A stretch of 32,680 bases of DNA. Origin: Spirochaetaceae bacterium (lineage in GTDB: Bacteria > Spirochaetota > Spirochaetia > PWKH01). The stretch's first letter is position 1. Each line of letters starts with the position of its first letter. Both the position numbers and the translations under genes were made by a program. The notes beneath the pieces are model-generated. The model was given only the letters and a program-made list of their open reading frames with translations. It searched no databases and was not told where the DNA came from. Below, piece after piece: positions 1 to 10,314 of the stretch. Location of the stretch: positions 1-32,680 of the forward strand of contig PWNW01000184.1 in the NCBI GenBank assembly GCA_003557605.1, given 5' to 3'.

Positions 1-193
1 CCCGGGATATATACTGTCTGCTTATGATTTCAAGCACTGTTTCCGGGTCCACAGGATGGCGGGGATCTGCGGGCCTTTCTCCTGCAGCATCAATCTCCCT
101 GCAGTATATCATGGCAAGGAGCTTCTCTTTCTCAATGTGGGGGAACTGAGCACAGGCGGCATCCAGAACAGCGATTTTCCGCTTCCGTTTCAT
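1..193 (-). CDS. tlyA: TlyA-family rRNA 2'-O-methyltransferase / hemolysin-A-like protein, N-terminal 64 codons only (runs off the window)
   Basis: The minus-strand frame is open from the ATG at 193-191 to the window edge. Hand translation: MKRKRKIAVLDAACAQFPHIEKEKLLAMIYCREIDAAGERPADPRHPVDPETVLEIISRQYISRG. An S4-like N-terminal segment ending in Y[IV]SRG(G) is the TlyA layout. The ATG overlaps the ymdB stop (ATGA, 190-193). Only 64 codons are visible, so the family call is tentative. Confidence 0.5.
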   Translation of the reverse strand, partial: MKRKRKIAVLDAACAQFPHIEKEKLLAMIYCREIDAAGERPADPRHPVDPETVLEIISRQYISR

Positions 194-987
194 AGATATA
201 ACCGTTTAAATATCCTCTCAATATGCAGGGCCTTGCCCGTTTCGGCATCGATTTCAAGAAACACACCGTTAATCATCGAACTGCTGTCGGCAATTTCACT
301 CTTCAGGGGCATCTGGGTGAGCTGCCGCTCAACCGACAGTTCGGGGATACTTCCGATGACGCTCACCTCAGGCCCGGTCATTCCTGCATCGGTGATGTAC
401 GCCGTCCCGCCCGGAAGGATTCGCTCGTCAGCGGTCTGTACATGGGTATGGGTCCCTAGAACTGCCGAAACAGAACCCTTCAGATACATTGCCAAAGCTT
501 CCTTTTCTTCGGTATTTTCCGCATGGAAATCAACAATAATTACCGGAGTCTTCTGCCTTAGTGCCTCTGCAATATCCCGTGCAGCCCTGAAAGGACAATC
601 CGTATCGGGAAGGCTCCGCCGTCCCTGGAGATTGACCACAGCAACCTGAACATTCCGGACGCTGATCAATGCCGTCCCGGACCCGGGGACCTTCGGAGGA
701 TAATTGGCAGGCCTCAGCAGGTTCTTATTGCGCTCAAGCACAGGGATGATTTCCTTATGCTGCCATATGTGATTTCCCGTAGTTATCACATCTATCCCTG
801 CACCGGTGAGCTGGTACACCTGCTCACCGGTTATGCCGAACCCGTCGGCAGCATTTTCCCCGTTGGCAATGCAGACATCAGCCTTATAGTCCTTAATGAG
901 CTGTTTTAATCCTACAAAAACAGCTCTGCATCCGGGCTGTCCGCAAATGTCTCCCAGAAACAGAGCTTTAACTAGTTTTTGACCCAA
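190..987 (-). CDS. ymdB: YmdB-family metallophosphoesterase (2',3'-cyclic-nucleotide phosphodiesterase-like)
   Basis: 265-aa ORF with phosphoesterase motifs in the YmdB arrangement (LFLGDICGQPG, ANGENAADGFGIT, TTGNHIW, VDFHAE, GTHTHVQTAD). TTG start at 987-985 with GGAGAG 9 nt upstream. It lies directly downstream of rny, as in the Bacillus rny-ymdB pair. Confidence 0.85.
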   Translation of the reverse strand: MGQKLVKALFLGDICGQPGCRAVFVGLKQLIKDYKADVCIANGENAADGFGITGEQVYQLTGAGIDVITTGNHIWQHKEIIPVLERNKNLLRPANYPPKVPGSGTALISVRNVQVAVVNLQGRRSLPDTDCPFRAARDIAEALRQKTPVIIVDFHAENTEEKEALAMYLKGSVSAVLGTHTHVQTADERILPGGTAYITDAGMTGPEVSVIGSIPELSVERQLTQMPLKSEIADSSSMINGVFLEIDAETGKALHIERIFKRLYL

Positions 988-1005
988 ACTCAGTATCTCT
1001 CCGTA

Positions 1006-2535
1006 CTACCGTGCGTATTCAACCACTCGGGTTTCCCTGATAATCGTCACCTTAATTCTCCCGGGATATCTCAGTTCATTCTCAATGCGTTTTGCAATTC
1101 CCTTTGCAAGGTCCTTGGCGCCGTCATCGCTGACTGAATCATTGTTTACAAGTATGCGAAGTTCCCGACCAGCTTGAATAGCATAGGCTTTATCAACACC
1201 GTCAAAGCTTTCGGAAATCTGCTCAAGATTTTCCAGCCTTCTGATATAGTTGCTCAGCGTTTCCCGTCTGGCCCCCGGTCTTGAAGCGGAAATAGCATCA
1301 GCAATCTGCACAATTACCGATTCGACGCAGTTCGGTTCAACATCATTGTGATGAGAGAGAATTGCATTGATCACCCTGGAATCTTCACCCATCTTCTTTG
1401 CGAGTTCCGCTCCCATTTCCGCATGGTTTGCATCGGTCTCAGTTTCAATTCCCTTACCGATATCATGGAGCAGACCGGACCGCTTTGCAATTTCCCTGTC
1501 CGCTCCGACCTCTGCAGCAATCATACCGGCAAGCACCGCCACTTCTTTTGAATGCTTCAGCACATTCTGGCCGTAGCTGGTCCGAAAATGGAGCCTCCCC
1601 AGTGCACGAATGCCTTCCTGGGTAATATTATGAAGCTGCAGATCAAAAACGATTTTTTCTCCCTCTTCAGCAACAATTCGGGAGATATCCTTTGCAACCT
1701 TCTGCACAACCTCTTCAATACGGGCAGGATGAATTCTTCCGTCCTGTATCAGCCGCTCCATTGCATTCTTGGCAATCTCCTTACGTATTGGGTCGAAACA
1801 GGAAATTACCACTGCCTCTGGAGTATCATCAATGATGATATCAACCCCTGTGAGGGTCTCCAGGGTCCTGATGTTCCTTCCTTCCCTTCCAATAATCCTG
1901 CCCTTCATCTCATCGTTGGGCAATGTGACGGAACTGATAGAAATCTCTGAGCTTACATCGGTGGCCAGCCGCTGGATGGAACTTACTATGATGTCCCTGG
2001 CAATACGGTCAGCCTTCATCTGGGCTTCCTGCTCAATTTTATTAATAACTACCTGGGCATCCCGTTTTGCGTCGGTTTCCATGGACTCAATAATCAGGTG
2101 CTTCGCCTCTTCACTGCTGAGACCTGCAACCCGTTCAAGTTCAAGTCTCCATTTTTCTTCTTCCTGCGATAAGATGGTTTCCCGTCTTCCTAGATGATCC
2201 TCCCGGTCTGAGAGCTGCCGTCTCTGCTGTTCCAGTTCCGACAGCTTTTTTTCTAGATTTTCTTCCTTTTGAATGATACGCCGCTCACTTTTCTGAAGTT
2301 CAAAACGACGTTCCCTGAATTCACGTTCCTGCTGGTTTCTCTCACGTAATAATTCATCTCTGCCTTCTAAAAGGATTTCTTTTTTCTTAGCTTCAGCCTG
2401 CTTTACCGCCTCTGAGTTGAGCAACTGGGCCCGCTGTTCAGCAGAAGTAAGCTGAAATTTGGCATACAGCCAACGTATTATCCAACCTAGAATCAAACCT
2501 AAGAGAGGAAGTATAATAAAGTACACAATCGTCAT
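1006..2535 (-). CDS. rny: Ribonuclease Y
   Basis: 509 aa with the RNase Y architecture: N-terminal TM helix (IVYFIILPLLGLILGWIIRWL), long E/K/R-rich coiled coil, KH domain (GRIIGREGRNIRTLETLTGVDIIIDD) and HD domain (LLHDIGK ... SHHND). GGGGGAAG SD precedes the ATG. Confidence 0.95.
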   Translation of the reverse strand: MTIVYFIILPLLGLILGWIIRWLYAKFQLTSAEQRAQLLNSEAVKQAEAKKKEILLEGRDELLRERNQQEREFRERRFELQKSERRIIQKEENLEKKLSELEQQRRQLSDREDHLGRRETILSQEEEKWRLELERVAGLSSEEAKHLIIESMETDAKRDAQVVINKIEQEAQMKADRIARDIIVSSIQRLATDVSSEISISSVTLPNDEMKGRIIGREGRNIRTLETLTGVDIIIDDTPEAVVISCFDPIRKEIAKNAMERLIQDGRIHPARIEEVVQKVAKDISRIVAEEGEKIVFDLQLHNITQEGIRALGRLHFRTSYGQNVLKHSKEVAVLAGMIAAEVGADREIAKRSGLLHDIGKGIETETDANHAEMGAELAKKMGEDSRVINAILSHHNDVEPNCVESVIVQIADAISASRPGARRETLSNYIRRLENLEQISESFDGVDKAYAIQAGRELRILVNNDSVSDDGAKDLAKGIAKRIENELRYPGRIKVTIIRETRVVEYAR

Positions 2536-2561
2536 AATCTTCCCCCGTTAGCGTTTTCACA

Positions 2562-2591
2562 ATAATAAAGAATCTTAACACAGTATGTCAA
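2562..2591 (-). promoter_or_regulatory. Candidate sigma70-type promoter for rny-ymdB-tlyA
   Basis: The minus strand reads TTGACA-N18-TATTAT (TTGACATACTGTGTTAAGATTCTTTATTAT). It sits between the rplQ terminator and the rny SD. Motif match only, with no experimental support. Confidence 0.45.
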
Positions 2592-2607
2592 GGATTCCTG
2601 TGCACAT

Positions 2608-2648
2608 AAAAAAAGACAGGCCCTCAGAAATACCAAGTCAGCCTGTCT
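2608..2648 (-). terminator. Rho-independent terminator closing the alpha operon (after rplQ)
   Basis: Minus-strand RNA folds as AGACAGGC (19-nt loop) GCCUGUCU followed by UUUUUUU, 34 nt after the rplQ stop. The stem is 8 bp and GC-rich. The loop is longer than ideal. This is the only stem plus U7 tract I found in the whole minus-strand array. Confidence 0.55.
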
Positions 2649-2681
2649 GCATCAGGATAGAACAGCTGCTGCTGTTATCTG

Positions 2682-3134
2682 CTATTCTTTTTCAGATTCG
2701 GAAGTCTTTTCTTCCGCAGCTGCTTTTTGAGCTTTCGCTGCAGATTTCTTTTTCTTTTTTGGTTCTTCCTTCGGTACTTCACGCTCCACAAGTTCTAGCA
2801 GCACCATGTCAGCAGCATCACCGCTGCGCTGACCAAGTTTTAAAATCCTGGTATATCCGCCGGGACGCTCGCTGTTGCGGGGACCAATGTCGGTAAACAG
2901 TTTTGCAAGCACCGCCTTGTCCTTGATATCCTCACCAGCAATCCTTCTGTTATGGACAGAATCAACCTTTGCACGGGTAATCATCTTCTCAGCATGACGG
3001 CGAACCTCAAGAGCTTTCGCCTTCGTAGTCTGCACCCGCTCATATCTAAACAGCGAAGTCATCATGTTCCGGATCATTGCTTTTCGGTGACTGCTGGTTC
3101 TGCTCAGCTTGTTATAGCCAATCTTATGCTTCAT
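2682..3134 (-). CDS. rplQ: 50S ribosomal protein L17 (bL17) with a 33-aa K/A/E-rich C-terminal tail
   Basis: 150 aa. [24 protein letters not shown] matches the L17 signature. It is the last gene of the alpha-operon order and overlaps the rpoA 3' end by 11 nt. Confidence 0.95.
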   Translation of the reverse strand: MKHKIGYNKLSRTSSHRKAMIRNMMTSLFRYERVQTTKAKALEVRRHAEKMITRAKVDSVHNRRIAGEDIKDKAVLAKLFTDIGPRNSERPGGYTRILKLGQRSGDAADMVLLELVEREVPKEEPKKKKKSAAKAQKAAAEEKTSESEKE

Positions 3135-4179
3135 GTTCCTCTTCCTTCTTCATTCCCGGTATTCTCGTAGATGTCTTGAGCACACTGTAGTCGGTCATCC
3201 CGAGGCTCAAGTTCCACTCCTTGAGCTTCTCCTTAATCTCAGTCAGGGATTTCTTGCCGAAGTTTCTGGTCTTGGCAATTTCCTCTTCAGTACGCTTGGT
3301 CAGATCACCAATAGACCTGATGTTGGCATTCTTCAGGCAGTTGCTGGAACGAACAGACAGCTCAAGTTCCTCTACAGGAGTGTTTAGTATCCTTCGGACA
3401 CGCTCCTCTTCTTCGTCAATTTCATCATCACTGCTGACAAGGTTCTCATCAAAGTTGATAAATATCGTAAAGTGGTCCTTTGCAGTCTTCGCCGCTTCGG
3501 CAAGGGCATTTTCCGGTGTTATCGTACCGTCGGTATACACCTCAATGATCAGCTTGTCATAATCACTGCGCTGCCCCACACGGGTATCCTCAACAGAATA
3601 GTGCACTCGAGTCACTGGTGAAAATACTGCATCCACCGGTATGGTGCCGATTTCCTCAATGTACTTCTCATTGAGTTCAGAGGGCACATACCCTCTGCCA
3701 AGGTCCACCTGCAGTTCCATATCGATGTTTGCATCATCCATCATGGTAAAAATCACCAGGTCCTTGTTCACCACTTCAAGCTGATCAATTTCCAGGGATG
3801 CTCCGGTCAAGTCTCCGGGGCCCTTGCACTCAAACAGAAGCACTTTCTGTTCGATGTCCTCTGGAAGGCTGAACTGAAGTTTCTTCAGGTTACTGATGAT
3901 CTCAGGGGTATCCTGCACGATTCCGGGAATCGACTCAAATTCACTTGAAATGATATGGGGATTCCCTTCGCTGTCATAACTGGTAAATTTCACTGCAGTA
4001 ACAGCATACCCCTGTATGGAAGACAAAAGGACCCTTCTGAGCGTATTCCCAATGGTGGTCCCGAACCCCCGTTCAAAGGGATAGGCAATAAACTTGCCGT
4101 AGTTCGATTCAACCTTGCTGTGCTCAAAGGTTATTCCCTTGGGCTTCTTAAATCCTTTCAACAGGTTCTTACGCGCCAT
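3124..4179 (-). CDS. rpoA: DNA-directed RNA polymerase subunit alpha
   Basis: 351 aa with an N-terminal assembly domain. The C-terminal domain motif is [25 protein letters not shown]...[13 protein letters not shown]. The gene sits between rpsD and rplQ. Confidence 0.97.
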   Translation of the reverse strand: MARKNLLKGFKKPKGITFEHSKVESNYGKFIAYPFERGFGTTIGNTLRRVLLSSIQGYAVTAVKFTSYDSEGNPHIISSEFESIPGIVQDTPEIISNLKKLQFSLPEDIEQKVLLFECKGPGDLTGASLEIDQLEVVNKDLVIFTMMDDANIDMELQVDLGRGYVPSELNEKYIEEIGTIPVDAVFSPVTRVHYSVEDTRVGQRSDYDKLIIEVYTDGTITPENALAEAAKTAKDHFTIFINFDENLVSSDDEIDEEEERVRRILNTPVEELELSVRSSNCLKNANIRSIGDLTKRTEEEIAKTRNFGKKSLTEIKEKLKEWNLSLGMTDYSVLKTSTRIPGMKKEEEHEA

Positions 4180-4187
4180 GACTACTC

Positions 4188-4823
4188 CTATCTAGAATAG
4201 AGCTCTACAATCAGCTGTTCATTGATGTCGGCAAGTTCGCTTACCTCATTTCTTCTCGGAACAGCAAGGAAGGTCCCCTTCATAGTATCAGGATCAAGCT
4301 GGATCCAGGGATACACTCCGGCCTTGGAGTATTCCTTCAAAGCTTCCTTAATGACAACCATCTTCTGGCTCTGCTTCTTCACGGTGATCTCATCGCCTTC
4401 TCTCAAAATATATGAAGGTATGGTCACCTTTTTCCCATTCACCTGAATATGCCCGTGGCTGATCAGCTGACGTGCCTGTTTCCTTGAGGATGCAAACCTC
4501 ATTCGGTACACGACATTGTCAAGACGGCGCTCAAGCAGCATGAGCAGTTCTTCACCTGTCTTCCCGGGAAGCCGGTCAGCTTCACGAAAGGTCAGATAGA
4601 ACTGCTTCTCCAGCATACCGTAGAGCCGTTTCAGTTTCTGCTTTTCCCGAAGCTGCATGCCGTAGTCGGTCATTTTCTTAAACCGATCCCTCGGTCCTTT
4701 TCCCGGAGCTCCCTTTTTCTGGGTTATCGGGCACTTTGCCGACTTGCAGCGGTCACCCTTCAGAAACAGCCTGGTCTTTTCAGTTCTGCAGTATCTGCAC
4801 TGCGGACCAATATATCTAGCCAT
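4188..4823 (-). CDS. rpsD: 30S ribosomal protein S4 (uS4), Cys4 form
   Basis: 211 aa, starting [13 protein letters not shown]...CKSAKCP, with a four-Cys N-terminal cluster and an S4 RNA-binding domain. Operon position fits. Confidence 0.96.
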   Translation of the reverse strand: MARYIGPQCRYCRTEKTRLFLKGDRCKSAKCPITQKKGAPGKGPRDRFKKMTDYGMQLREKQKLKRLYGMLEKQFYLTFREADRLPGKTGEELLMLLERRLDNVVYRMRFASSRKQARQLISHGHIQVNGKKVTIPSYILREGDEITVKKQSQKMVVIKEALKEYSKAGVYPWIQLDPDTMKGTFLAVPRRNEVSELADINEQLIVELYSR

Positions 4824-4837
4824 AAATCACAACCTCA

Positions 4838-5215
4838 CTACACTCTTCTTGTCTTACGCGGCCTGCAGCCGTTATGCGGAACGGGGGTCACGTCACGAAT
4901 GCTTCTCACCTGGAGACCCAAAGCTCCAAGGGACCGTATAGCCGACTCTCTGCCGACACCGGGCCCCTTCACATATACATGCACAGCCCTCAGGCCGTAG
5001 TCCATAGCCTTCTTCGCCGCAGTCTCAGCAGTAGTCTGAGCAGCATAGGGCGTGGATTTTTTTGCTCCCTTAAATCCCAGTCCGCCGGCGCTTGCCCAGG
5101 AAACCGTGTTTCCCTGGAGATCGGTAATTGTGACTATCGTATTGTTGAAGGTAGCCTGGATCTTTACCGTTCCTTCATATACAGTCTTTTTGACTTTCTT
5201 CTTCACCTTGGCCAA
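4838..5215 (-). CDS. rpsK: 30S ribosomal protein S11 (uS11)
   Basis: 125 aa with motifs [12 protein letters not shown] and [14 protein letters not shown]. Operon position fits. Confidence 0.97.
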   Translation of the reverse strand: MAKVKKKVKKTVYEGTVKIQATFNNTIVTITDLQGNTVSWASAGGLGFKGAKKSTPYAAQTTAETAAKKAMDYGLRAVHVYVKGPGVGRESAIRSLGALGLQVRSIRDVTPVPHNGCRPRKTRRV

Positions 5216-5229
5216 TGTGATATCTCCTC

Positions 5230-5595
5230 TTATTTCTTCTTACCGGCGACAGTTTTCTTCCGTCCCTTACGGGTTCTGGAGTTTGTCTTGGTTCTCTGAC
5301 CGCGAACGGGAAGCCCCTTCCTGTGACGAAGTCCTCGGTAGCACCCAATATCCATCAGTCTCTTGATGTTCAGGGCAACCTCAGTTCTCAGACGTCCCTC
5401 CACTTTGTATTCATTTTCAATCAGCTGCCTGACCTGGTTGATTTCCTCAGCAGAAAGATCATTCACCCGGGAATCGGGATTGATTCCTGCACTTTCGCAG
5501 ATCTTCAATGCAGATGTCTGACCTATGCCGTAAATATACGTTAAGGCAATCTTCGCCGCTTTATTGGGAAGATCGATACCAGCAATTCTCGCCAT
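5230..5595 (-). CDS. rpsM: 30S ribosomal protein S13 (uS13)
   Basis: 121 aa with an [11 protein letters not shown]-terminus and a basic C-terminal tail. Operon position fits. Confidence 0.97.
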   Translation of the reverse strand: MARIAGIDLPNKAAKIALTYIYGIGQTSALKICESAGINPDSRVNDLSAEEINQVRQLIENEYKVEGRLRTEVALNIKRLMDIGCYRGLRHRKGLPVRGQRTKTNSRTRKGRKKTVAGKKK

Positions 5596-5607
5596 GAATC
5601 CGGCCTC

Positions 5608-5721
5608 CTACCTTTGTCTCTGTTTATGCTTTGGATTTTCGCAGATGATACGCACAACACCGTGCCGGCGTATCACCTTGCATTTGTCGCATATCGGTTT
5701 AACACTCGCTCGTACTTTCAT
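5608..5721 (-). CDS. rpmJ: 50S ribosomal protein L36 (bL36), zinc-binding form
   Basis: Not in the ORF track (37 aa). Hand translation of the minus strand: [37 protein letters not shown], with the canonical C-x2-C-x12-C-x4-H motif. GAGGGA SD. It lies between secY and rpsM. Confidence 0.93.
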   Translation of the reverse strand: MKVRASVKPICDKCKVIRRHGVVRIICENPKHKQRQR

Positions 5722-5732
5722 AGTATCCCTCT

Positions 5733-7055
5733 TTAAAGATTCCTGGACTTGATCTTGCCCTTCCGCACAAGTCCGTCATGATGATGCATCTTCATATGTC
5801 CCTCAATCTGAGAAACCGTATCAAGGGCAACACCTACCATAATGATCAGAGAGGTTCCTCCCATGATCATCGCAACCGATCCGGGGAAGGCAAAAAACCT
5901 CTGCACCAGCGTCGGTATCACGGCGATAAAAGCAAGGAACAGGGCTCCCGGCAGCACAATCCGGTTGAGCACCTTTGTCAGGTACTCTTCAATCCGTTCA
6001 GACCTGATACCTGGAATGGAACCTCCGTTGTCCCTGATCTGCTTTGATATCTCTATAGGGTTCAGTGTTACCTGGGTATAGAAATATGCAAAGAATATAA
6101 TCAGCAGGGTATAGATGATTACGTAGGGTGTACCCTGCGGACTCATCCACCGGCTGAACCGTGCCAGCCAGGTGATTTCCGGTCCCAGTGATGTTGCAAT
6201 CTGCAGAGGGAACGCCAGGATCGACGATGCGAAGATTACAGGAATTACCCCGGAAGGATTGATCTTGAAGGGAATGTAGGTGCTTTGGGCTCCGTACATC
6301 TTTCTTCCCACAACCCGCTTTGCATAGTGAACAGGGATCTTTCTCTGTCCCTGCTGCTCATAGACAACCAGGGAAACAACAACAACAAACATAGTGGCGA
6401 CAATAATGACCGCAATAGGATTCAGGAATCCGTCCTGTACTGTCCGCAGCAGCACAAATACCGAATTGGGCATCCGTGCGACAATACCGGCGAATATCAG
6501 AAGTGAAATCCCGTTGCCCACTCCTCTCTGGGTGATCTGCTCACCAAGCCAGACAAGAAACATAGTGCCGGCCGTTACCGTAAGCATAGCTATGGGTGCA
6601 TAGGCACTCATAGGAATGGTTATCGCATCAGGTATGGACTGTGCATATACGGTCACCACATAGGACTGTACCAGACAGACTGCGATAGTTCCGTATCGGG
6701 TATACTGCTGAATTTTTTTTCTCCCTCCGTCTTCCTGGGAGAGCTGCTTGAGCTTCGGAAATACAAGCAGCAGCAGCTGCATAATTATCTGCATTGATAT
6801 GTAGGGCATAATTCCCAGCATGAATACAGAAAAGTTAGTGAATGCGCCGCCGGAGAAAAAGTTAATGTACTCCGTCAGACCAATAGCACCTGTGGTCTCC
6901 TGGGCCATAAAGTAGACCTTCAGAGCATTTATGTTGATCCCGGGAATCGGCAGTGCCACCCCAAGCCTGAATATCATAAGCATCAGGACGGTGAAGCCGA
7001 TTCTGTTCCTGAGATCTTTCATTCTGAAAATATCAATTAACGCATTGTTAGCCAT
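5733..7055 (-). CDS. secY: Preprotein translocase subunit SecY
   Basis: 440 aa and multi-pass hydrophobic, with motifs [15 protein letters not shown] and [11 protein letters not shown]. It follows rplO as in spc operons. Confidence 0.97.
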   Translation of the reverse strand: MANNALIDIFRMKDLRNRIGFTVLMLMIFRLGVALPIPGININALKVYFMAQETTGAIGLTEYINFFSGGAFTNFSVFMLGIMPYISMQIIMQLLLLVFPKLKQLSQEDGGRKKIQQYTRYGTIAVCLVQSYVVTVYAQSIPDAITIPMSAYAPIAMLTVTAGTMFLVWLGEQITQRGVGNGISLLIFAGIVARMPNSVFVLLRTVQDGFLNPIAVIIVATMFVVVVSLVVYEQQGQRKIPVHYAKRVVGRKMYGAQSTYIPFKINPSGVIPVIFASSILAFPLQIATSLGPEITWLARFSRWMSPQGTPYVIIYTLLIIFFAYFYTQVTLNPIEISKQIRDNGGSIPGIRSERIEEYLTKVLNRIVLPGALFLAFIAVIPTLVQRFFAFPGSVAMIMGGTSLIIMVGVALDTVSQIEGHMKMHHHDGLVRKGKIKSRNL

Positions 7056-7081
7056 CGATCCCTATCCCGTTTATATCGTGG

Positions 7082-7528
7082 TTATTCTTGAATCTCCCCG
7101 CCTGCCTGCTGAATCTTTTCAGCAGCCTTTGCGGAAAGAGCAATCCCCTTCACCGTTACCTTCTTGTCCAGCTCGCCAGTGCACAGAATTTTCACCTGCA
7201 CATCGACACCCTTTACAATACGTTTTTCCTTCAGTGTTTCAAGGGACACCACATCTCCATCCTGATAATTTCTGGAGATCTCGGAAAGAGAAATCGGCTG
7301 GTGAACCTTTTTAAACAGGGCGTTGGAGAACCCTCTTCTGGCAGTTCTCCGGTAGAGAGGCATCTGACCTCCCTCAAATCCGGGGCGAACTCCGCCTCCG
7401 GAACGGGATTTCTGCCCGTCATGTCCCCGTCCGCAGGTCCGTCCCTTGCCGGACCCGTTCCCGCGGCCGACGATATGTTTTTTTGTTCTGGCCCCTGCGG
7501 GCGCTTTCAAATTTGCCATATCAATCAA
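7082..7528 (-). CDS. rplO: 50S ribosomal protein L15 (uL15)
   Basis: 148 aa with the glycine-rich motif GRGNGSGKGRTCGRGHDGQKSRSGG. The start may instead be the fourth codon (ATG ending at 7519), which would remove the 8-nt overlap with rpmD. Confidence 0.95.
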   Translation of the reverse strand: MIDMANLKAPAGARTKKHIVGRGNGSGKGRTCGRGHDGQKSRSGGGVRPGFEGGQMPLYRRTARRGFSNALFKKVHQPISLSEISRNYQDGDVVSLETLKEKRIVKGVDVQVKILCTGELDKKVTVKGIALSAKAAEKIQQAGGEIQE

Positions 7529-7718
7529 TCTCCTCGACCTTCACAAGATGCGATACAACATTCACCATACCAAGTACAGGGGGTGTTGCCTCATGCTCAA
7601 CCGAACTGCCGATGCGCTTCAGGCCCAGGGCCTTCACGGATCTGCGTTGATTGGGTTTGCTCCCGATAACACTGCGGACCAGTGATATCCGGATTTTTTT
7701 TATCTTCTTCTTTGCCAT
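7521..7718 (-). CDS. rpmD: 50S ribosomal protein L30 (uL30)
   Basis: 65 aa, containing IRISLVRSVIGSKPNQRRSVKALGLKRIGSSV. It lies between rpsE and rplO. Confidence 0.94.
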   Translation of the reverse strand: MAKKKIKKIRISLVRSVIGSKPNQRRSVKALGLKRIGSSVEHEATPPVLGMVNVVSHLVKVEEID

Positions 7719-7721
7719 AGA

Positions 7722-8219
7722 TCAACCCCACATCTCTTTAACTGTCGTACCACGGCCTTTTGCCACCTCTTTGGCATCAAAGACCCGTTCCAGCCCCTCA
7801 AAGACAGCCTTCGTAATGTTGATGGTGTTCTTTGAGCCGAGGGACTTGCTCAGCACGTCATGAATTCCGCAGGCATCCATAATTGCACGCACCGGTCCAC
7901 CGGCAATGACCCCGGTACCGGGAGCCGCAGGCCTGAGAAGCACCTTCGCACTTTTAAATTCACCAAGCACTTCATGGGGCAGCGTAGCACGCTTCATGGG
8001 CACCCGAATCATATTATTCTTTGCCTTTTCAATACTTTTTCGTATTGCTTCAGCTACGTCATTTGCCTTTCCAAAACCGTACCCGACTCTTCCGTTCTGG
8101 TCGCCCACAACCGTAAGGGCAGAAAAGGAGAATCGGCGGCCGCCCTTCACTACCTTCGCGACCCTGTTAAGCTTAATGAGCTTCTCTACGTATTCTTTCT
8201 CCATGTTCCGTTCCACCAT
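7722..8219 (-). CDS. rpsE: 30S ribosomal protein S5 (uS5)
   Basis: 165 aa with motif [25 protein letters not shown]. Operon position fits. Confidence 0.97.
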   Translation of the reverse strand: MVERNMEKEYVEKLIKLNRVAKVVKGGRRFSFSALTVVGDQNGRVGYGFGKANDVAEAIRKSIEKAKNNMIRVPMKRATLPHEVLGEFKSAKVLLRPAAPGTGVIAGGPVRAIMDACGIHDVLSKSLGSKNTINITKAVFEGLERVFDAKEVAKGRGTTVKEMWG

Positions 8220-8225
8220 ATCCCC

Positions 8226-8585
8226 CTAAAACTTGATCCCGGCTTTTCTGGCTCCGTCGGCTACGCTCTTCACAATACCGTGAAAAAGATATCCGTTCCG
8301 GTCAAAGATAACTGACTCAATATTCTTTTTTTTCAGACGTTCACCGATAACAGCGCCAAGCTTTTCAGCATCTTGGACGTTGTTCTTCAACGTCTTCAGC
8401 TCTGCCTCAACATTGCTTGCCGATGCAATGGTGTGTCCTGCAGTATCATCAATCACCTGCACATACAGATGCCGGCTGCTTCTGAATACAGTCATCCGGG
8501 GACAAGTCGGAGTACCGCTGACCTTTTTTCTGATGTGAGCTTTTCTCCGCATTCGTCTCTTCTGCTTATCAATTACTCGTTTCAT
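8226..8585 (-). CDS. rplR: 50S ribosomal protein L18 (uL18)
   Basis: 119 aa with motif RMTVFRSSRHLYVQVIDD. Operon position fits. Confidence 0.96.
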   Translation of the reverse strand: MKRVIDKQKRRMRRKAHIRKKVSGTPTCPRMTVFRSSRHLYVQVIDDTAGHTIASASNVEAELKTLKNNVQDAEKLGAVIGERLKKKNIESVIFDRNGYLFHGIVKSVADGARKAGIKF

Positions 8586-8599
8586 CGTTTCACCCTATC

Positions 8600-9139
8600 T
8601 TATTTTGCACCGGACTTGCCGACTTTCCGTCTCACGTGCTCGTGCTCATATTTAATGCCCTTTCCCTTGTAGGGCTCCGGCGGCCTGAGAGAACGGATTT
8701 CCGCACAGGCCTGTCCAACCTTCTGCTTATCGATACCGGATACGGAGATCTTGTTCGGTCCGTCACAGGTGATGGTCAAGTCCTTATTGATAACATACTC
8801 AATGGGATTTGAATACCCGAGGTTCAGCGTCAGGATGTTTCCTTTCACCTCAGCACGATATCCGACCCCGTTGATCAGAAGGACTCTGGCAAATCCTTGA
8901 GACACTCCGGTAACCATATTGGCAATCAGGTTCCGATACAGGCCGTGAAATGAACGGGCCTTCTTGGAGTCATTCTTCCGCTCTACGGTAACCACATCTT
9001 CAGCAACCTTTACGGTCACCTCAGGCATGATGTCCTGTACGAGCTCTCCCTTCGGTCCTGAAACGGTGACGGAGGTTTTCTTTGCAGTGACCGTAACTCC
9101 CTTCGGCACTGCTATAGGCAGCTTTCCAATTCGTGACAT
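8600..9139 (-). CDS. rplF: 50S ribosomal protein L6 (uL6)
   Basis: 179 aa with an MSRIGKLPIAVPKGV N-terminus and PEPYKGKGIKY near the C-terminus. Confidence 0.97.
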   Translation of the reverse strand: MSRIGKLPIAVPKGVTVTAKKTSVTVSGPKGELVQDIMPEVTVKVAEDVVTVERKNDSKKARSFHGLYRNLIANMVTGVSQGFARVLLINGVGYRAEVKGNILTLNLGYSNPIEYVINKDLTITCDGPNKISVSGIDKQKVGQACAEIRSLRPPEPYKGKGIKYEHEHVRRKVGKSGAK

Positions 9140-9150
9140 GGTTTACCTCC

Positions 9151-9549
9151 CTACCACACTGAACAGATCAGCTCACCGCCGACCTTCCGCTCAGCAGCCT
9201 TCTTACCGGTTATGATACCGCTTGAAGTAGAGACAATCAGCACTCCGTGACCATTGTAGATCCTCGGCAGCGCATTATATCCCTTGTAGATTCTCCTACC
9301 AGGGGTAGAGATTCTCTGCAGTCCGTGAATAACCGGATTATTTTGCTCATCATACTTCAGAAACACCCGGATATAGTTAATTCCGTCCTTGGTTACTTTC
9401 TTGAAGTTCTTGATGTATCCCTCATTCTTGAGAATTTTCACAACCTGGAGCTTCAGTTTTGAAGTATGGATGTCAACCTTCTCATGTTTTGCCTTGCTTC
9501 CGTTGCGAAGCATTGTCAGCATATCAGCAACAGGATCACTTATAGCCAT
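9151..9549 (-). CDS. rpsH: 30S ribosomal protein S8 (uS8)
   Basis: 132 aa containing [13 protein letters not shown] and a [10 protein letters not shown]-terminus. Confidence 0.97.
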   Translation of the reverse strand: MAISDPVADMLTMLRNGSKAKHEKVDIHTSKLKLQVVKILKNEGYIKNFKKVTKDGINYIRVFLKYDEQNNPVIHGLQRISTPGRRIYKGYNALPRIYNGHGVLIVSTSSGIITGKKAAERKVGGELICSVW

Positions 9550-9558
9550 ATCCCACTC

Positions 9559-9744
9559 CTACCAGCTAGATTTCGTGACGCCAGGGATCTTTCCTTCACT
9601 GGCAAGCTTTCTGAAGCAGACCCTGCACATTTCGAACTTTCTCATGTACCCTCTGGGCCTTCCGCATACTCTGCATCTGTTCACCCGCCTGGTACTGAAT
9701 TTCGGTTCCCGCTGGGCCTTGATTATCATAGACTTCTTTGCCAT
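9559..9744 (-). CDS. rpsN: 30S ribosomal protein S14, short zinc-binding type (uS14 type Z)
   Basis: 61 aa with [22 protein letters not shown] (CxxC...CxxC). It lies between rplE and rpsH. Confidence 0.96.
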   Translation of the reverse strand: MAKKSMIIKAQREPKFSTRRVNRCRVCGRPRGYMRKFEMCRVCFRKLASEGKIPGVTKSSW

Positions 9745-9759
9745 TCGTCATCTCCCATC

Positions 9760-10314
9760 CTATTTGCTAAAGGGCATTCCGATCTTCTTCAGAAGAGCGA
9801 ACGCCTCCTCATCCGTATCAGCAGTCGTAACAATAACAATGTTCAATCCGCTTACCCGCTCAATCTTGTCGTAATCGATCTCGGGAAAAATGATCTGTTC
9901 TGTTACGCCCAGAGCATAGTTTCCGTGACCGTCGAAGGCATTGGGACTTACCCCTCTGAAGTCCTTCACTCGAGGAAGAGCGACATTGACAAGACGATCA
10001 AGAAATTCCCACATCCTGTCACCCCTGAGGGTTACCTTCGCACCGATCTCCATACCCTGACGAAGCTTGAAATTCGCTATCGATTTTCTGGCCTTTGTCT
10101 TTACGGCATGCTGACCGGTAATCAGCTCAATTTCCTTCACAGCAGAATCAAGCAGCTTTTTATTGGCAATCGCCTCACCGACTCCGACCCCTACTGAGAT
10201 TTTTTCCATGCGGGGCACCTGCATGGAAGAGCTGTACTTAAACTCATCCTTCAGTTCCGCCGCAATAGTCTCATTATACAGTTTTTTCAGTCTTGGCACG
10301 TACTTCGTTTCCAT
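9760..10314 (-). CDS. rplE: 50S ribosomal protein L5 (uL5)
   Basis: 184 aa with an L5-like N-terminus ([19 protein letters not shown]). Operon position fits. Confidence 0.96.
   Translation of the reverse strand: METKYVPRLKKLYNETIAAELKDEFKYSSSMQVPRMEKISVGVGVGEAIANKKLLDSAVKEIELITGQHAVKTKARKSIANFKLRQGMEIGAKVTLRGDRMWEFLDRLVNVALPRVKDFRGVSPNAFDGHGNYALGVTEQIIFPEIDYDKIERVSGLNIVIVTTADTDEEAFALLKKIGMPFSK

Noticed and set aside
56-649. 197-aa plus-strand ORF at the left edge
   Set aside because: It is antisense to ymdB and the tlyA-like gene, both of which have clear family motifs on the minus strand.
9466-10197. 243-aa plus-strand ORF (also 9389-9874 and 7088-7669 on the plus strand)
   Set aside because: These are antisense to rpsH/rpsN/rplE and rplO/rpmD and are shadow ORFs.
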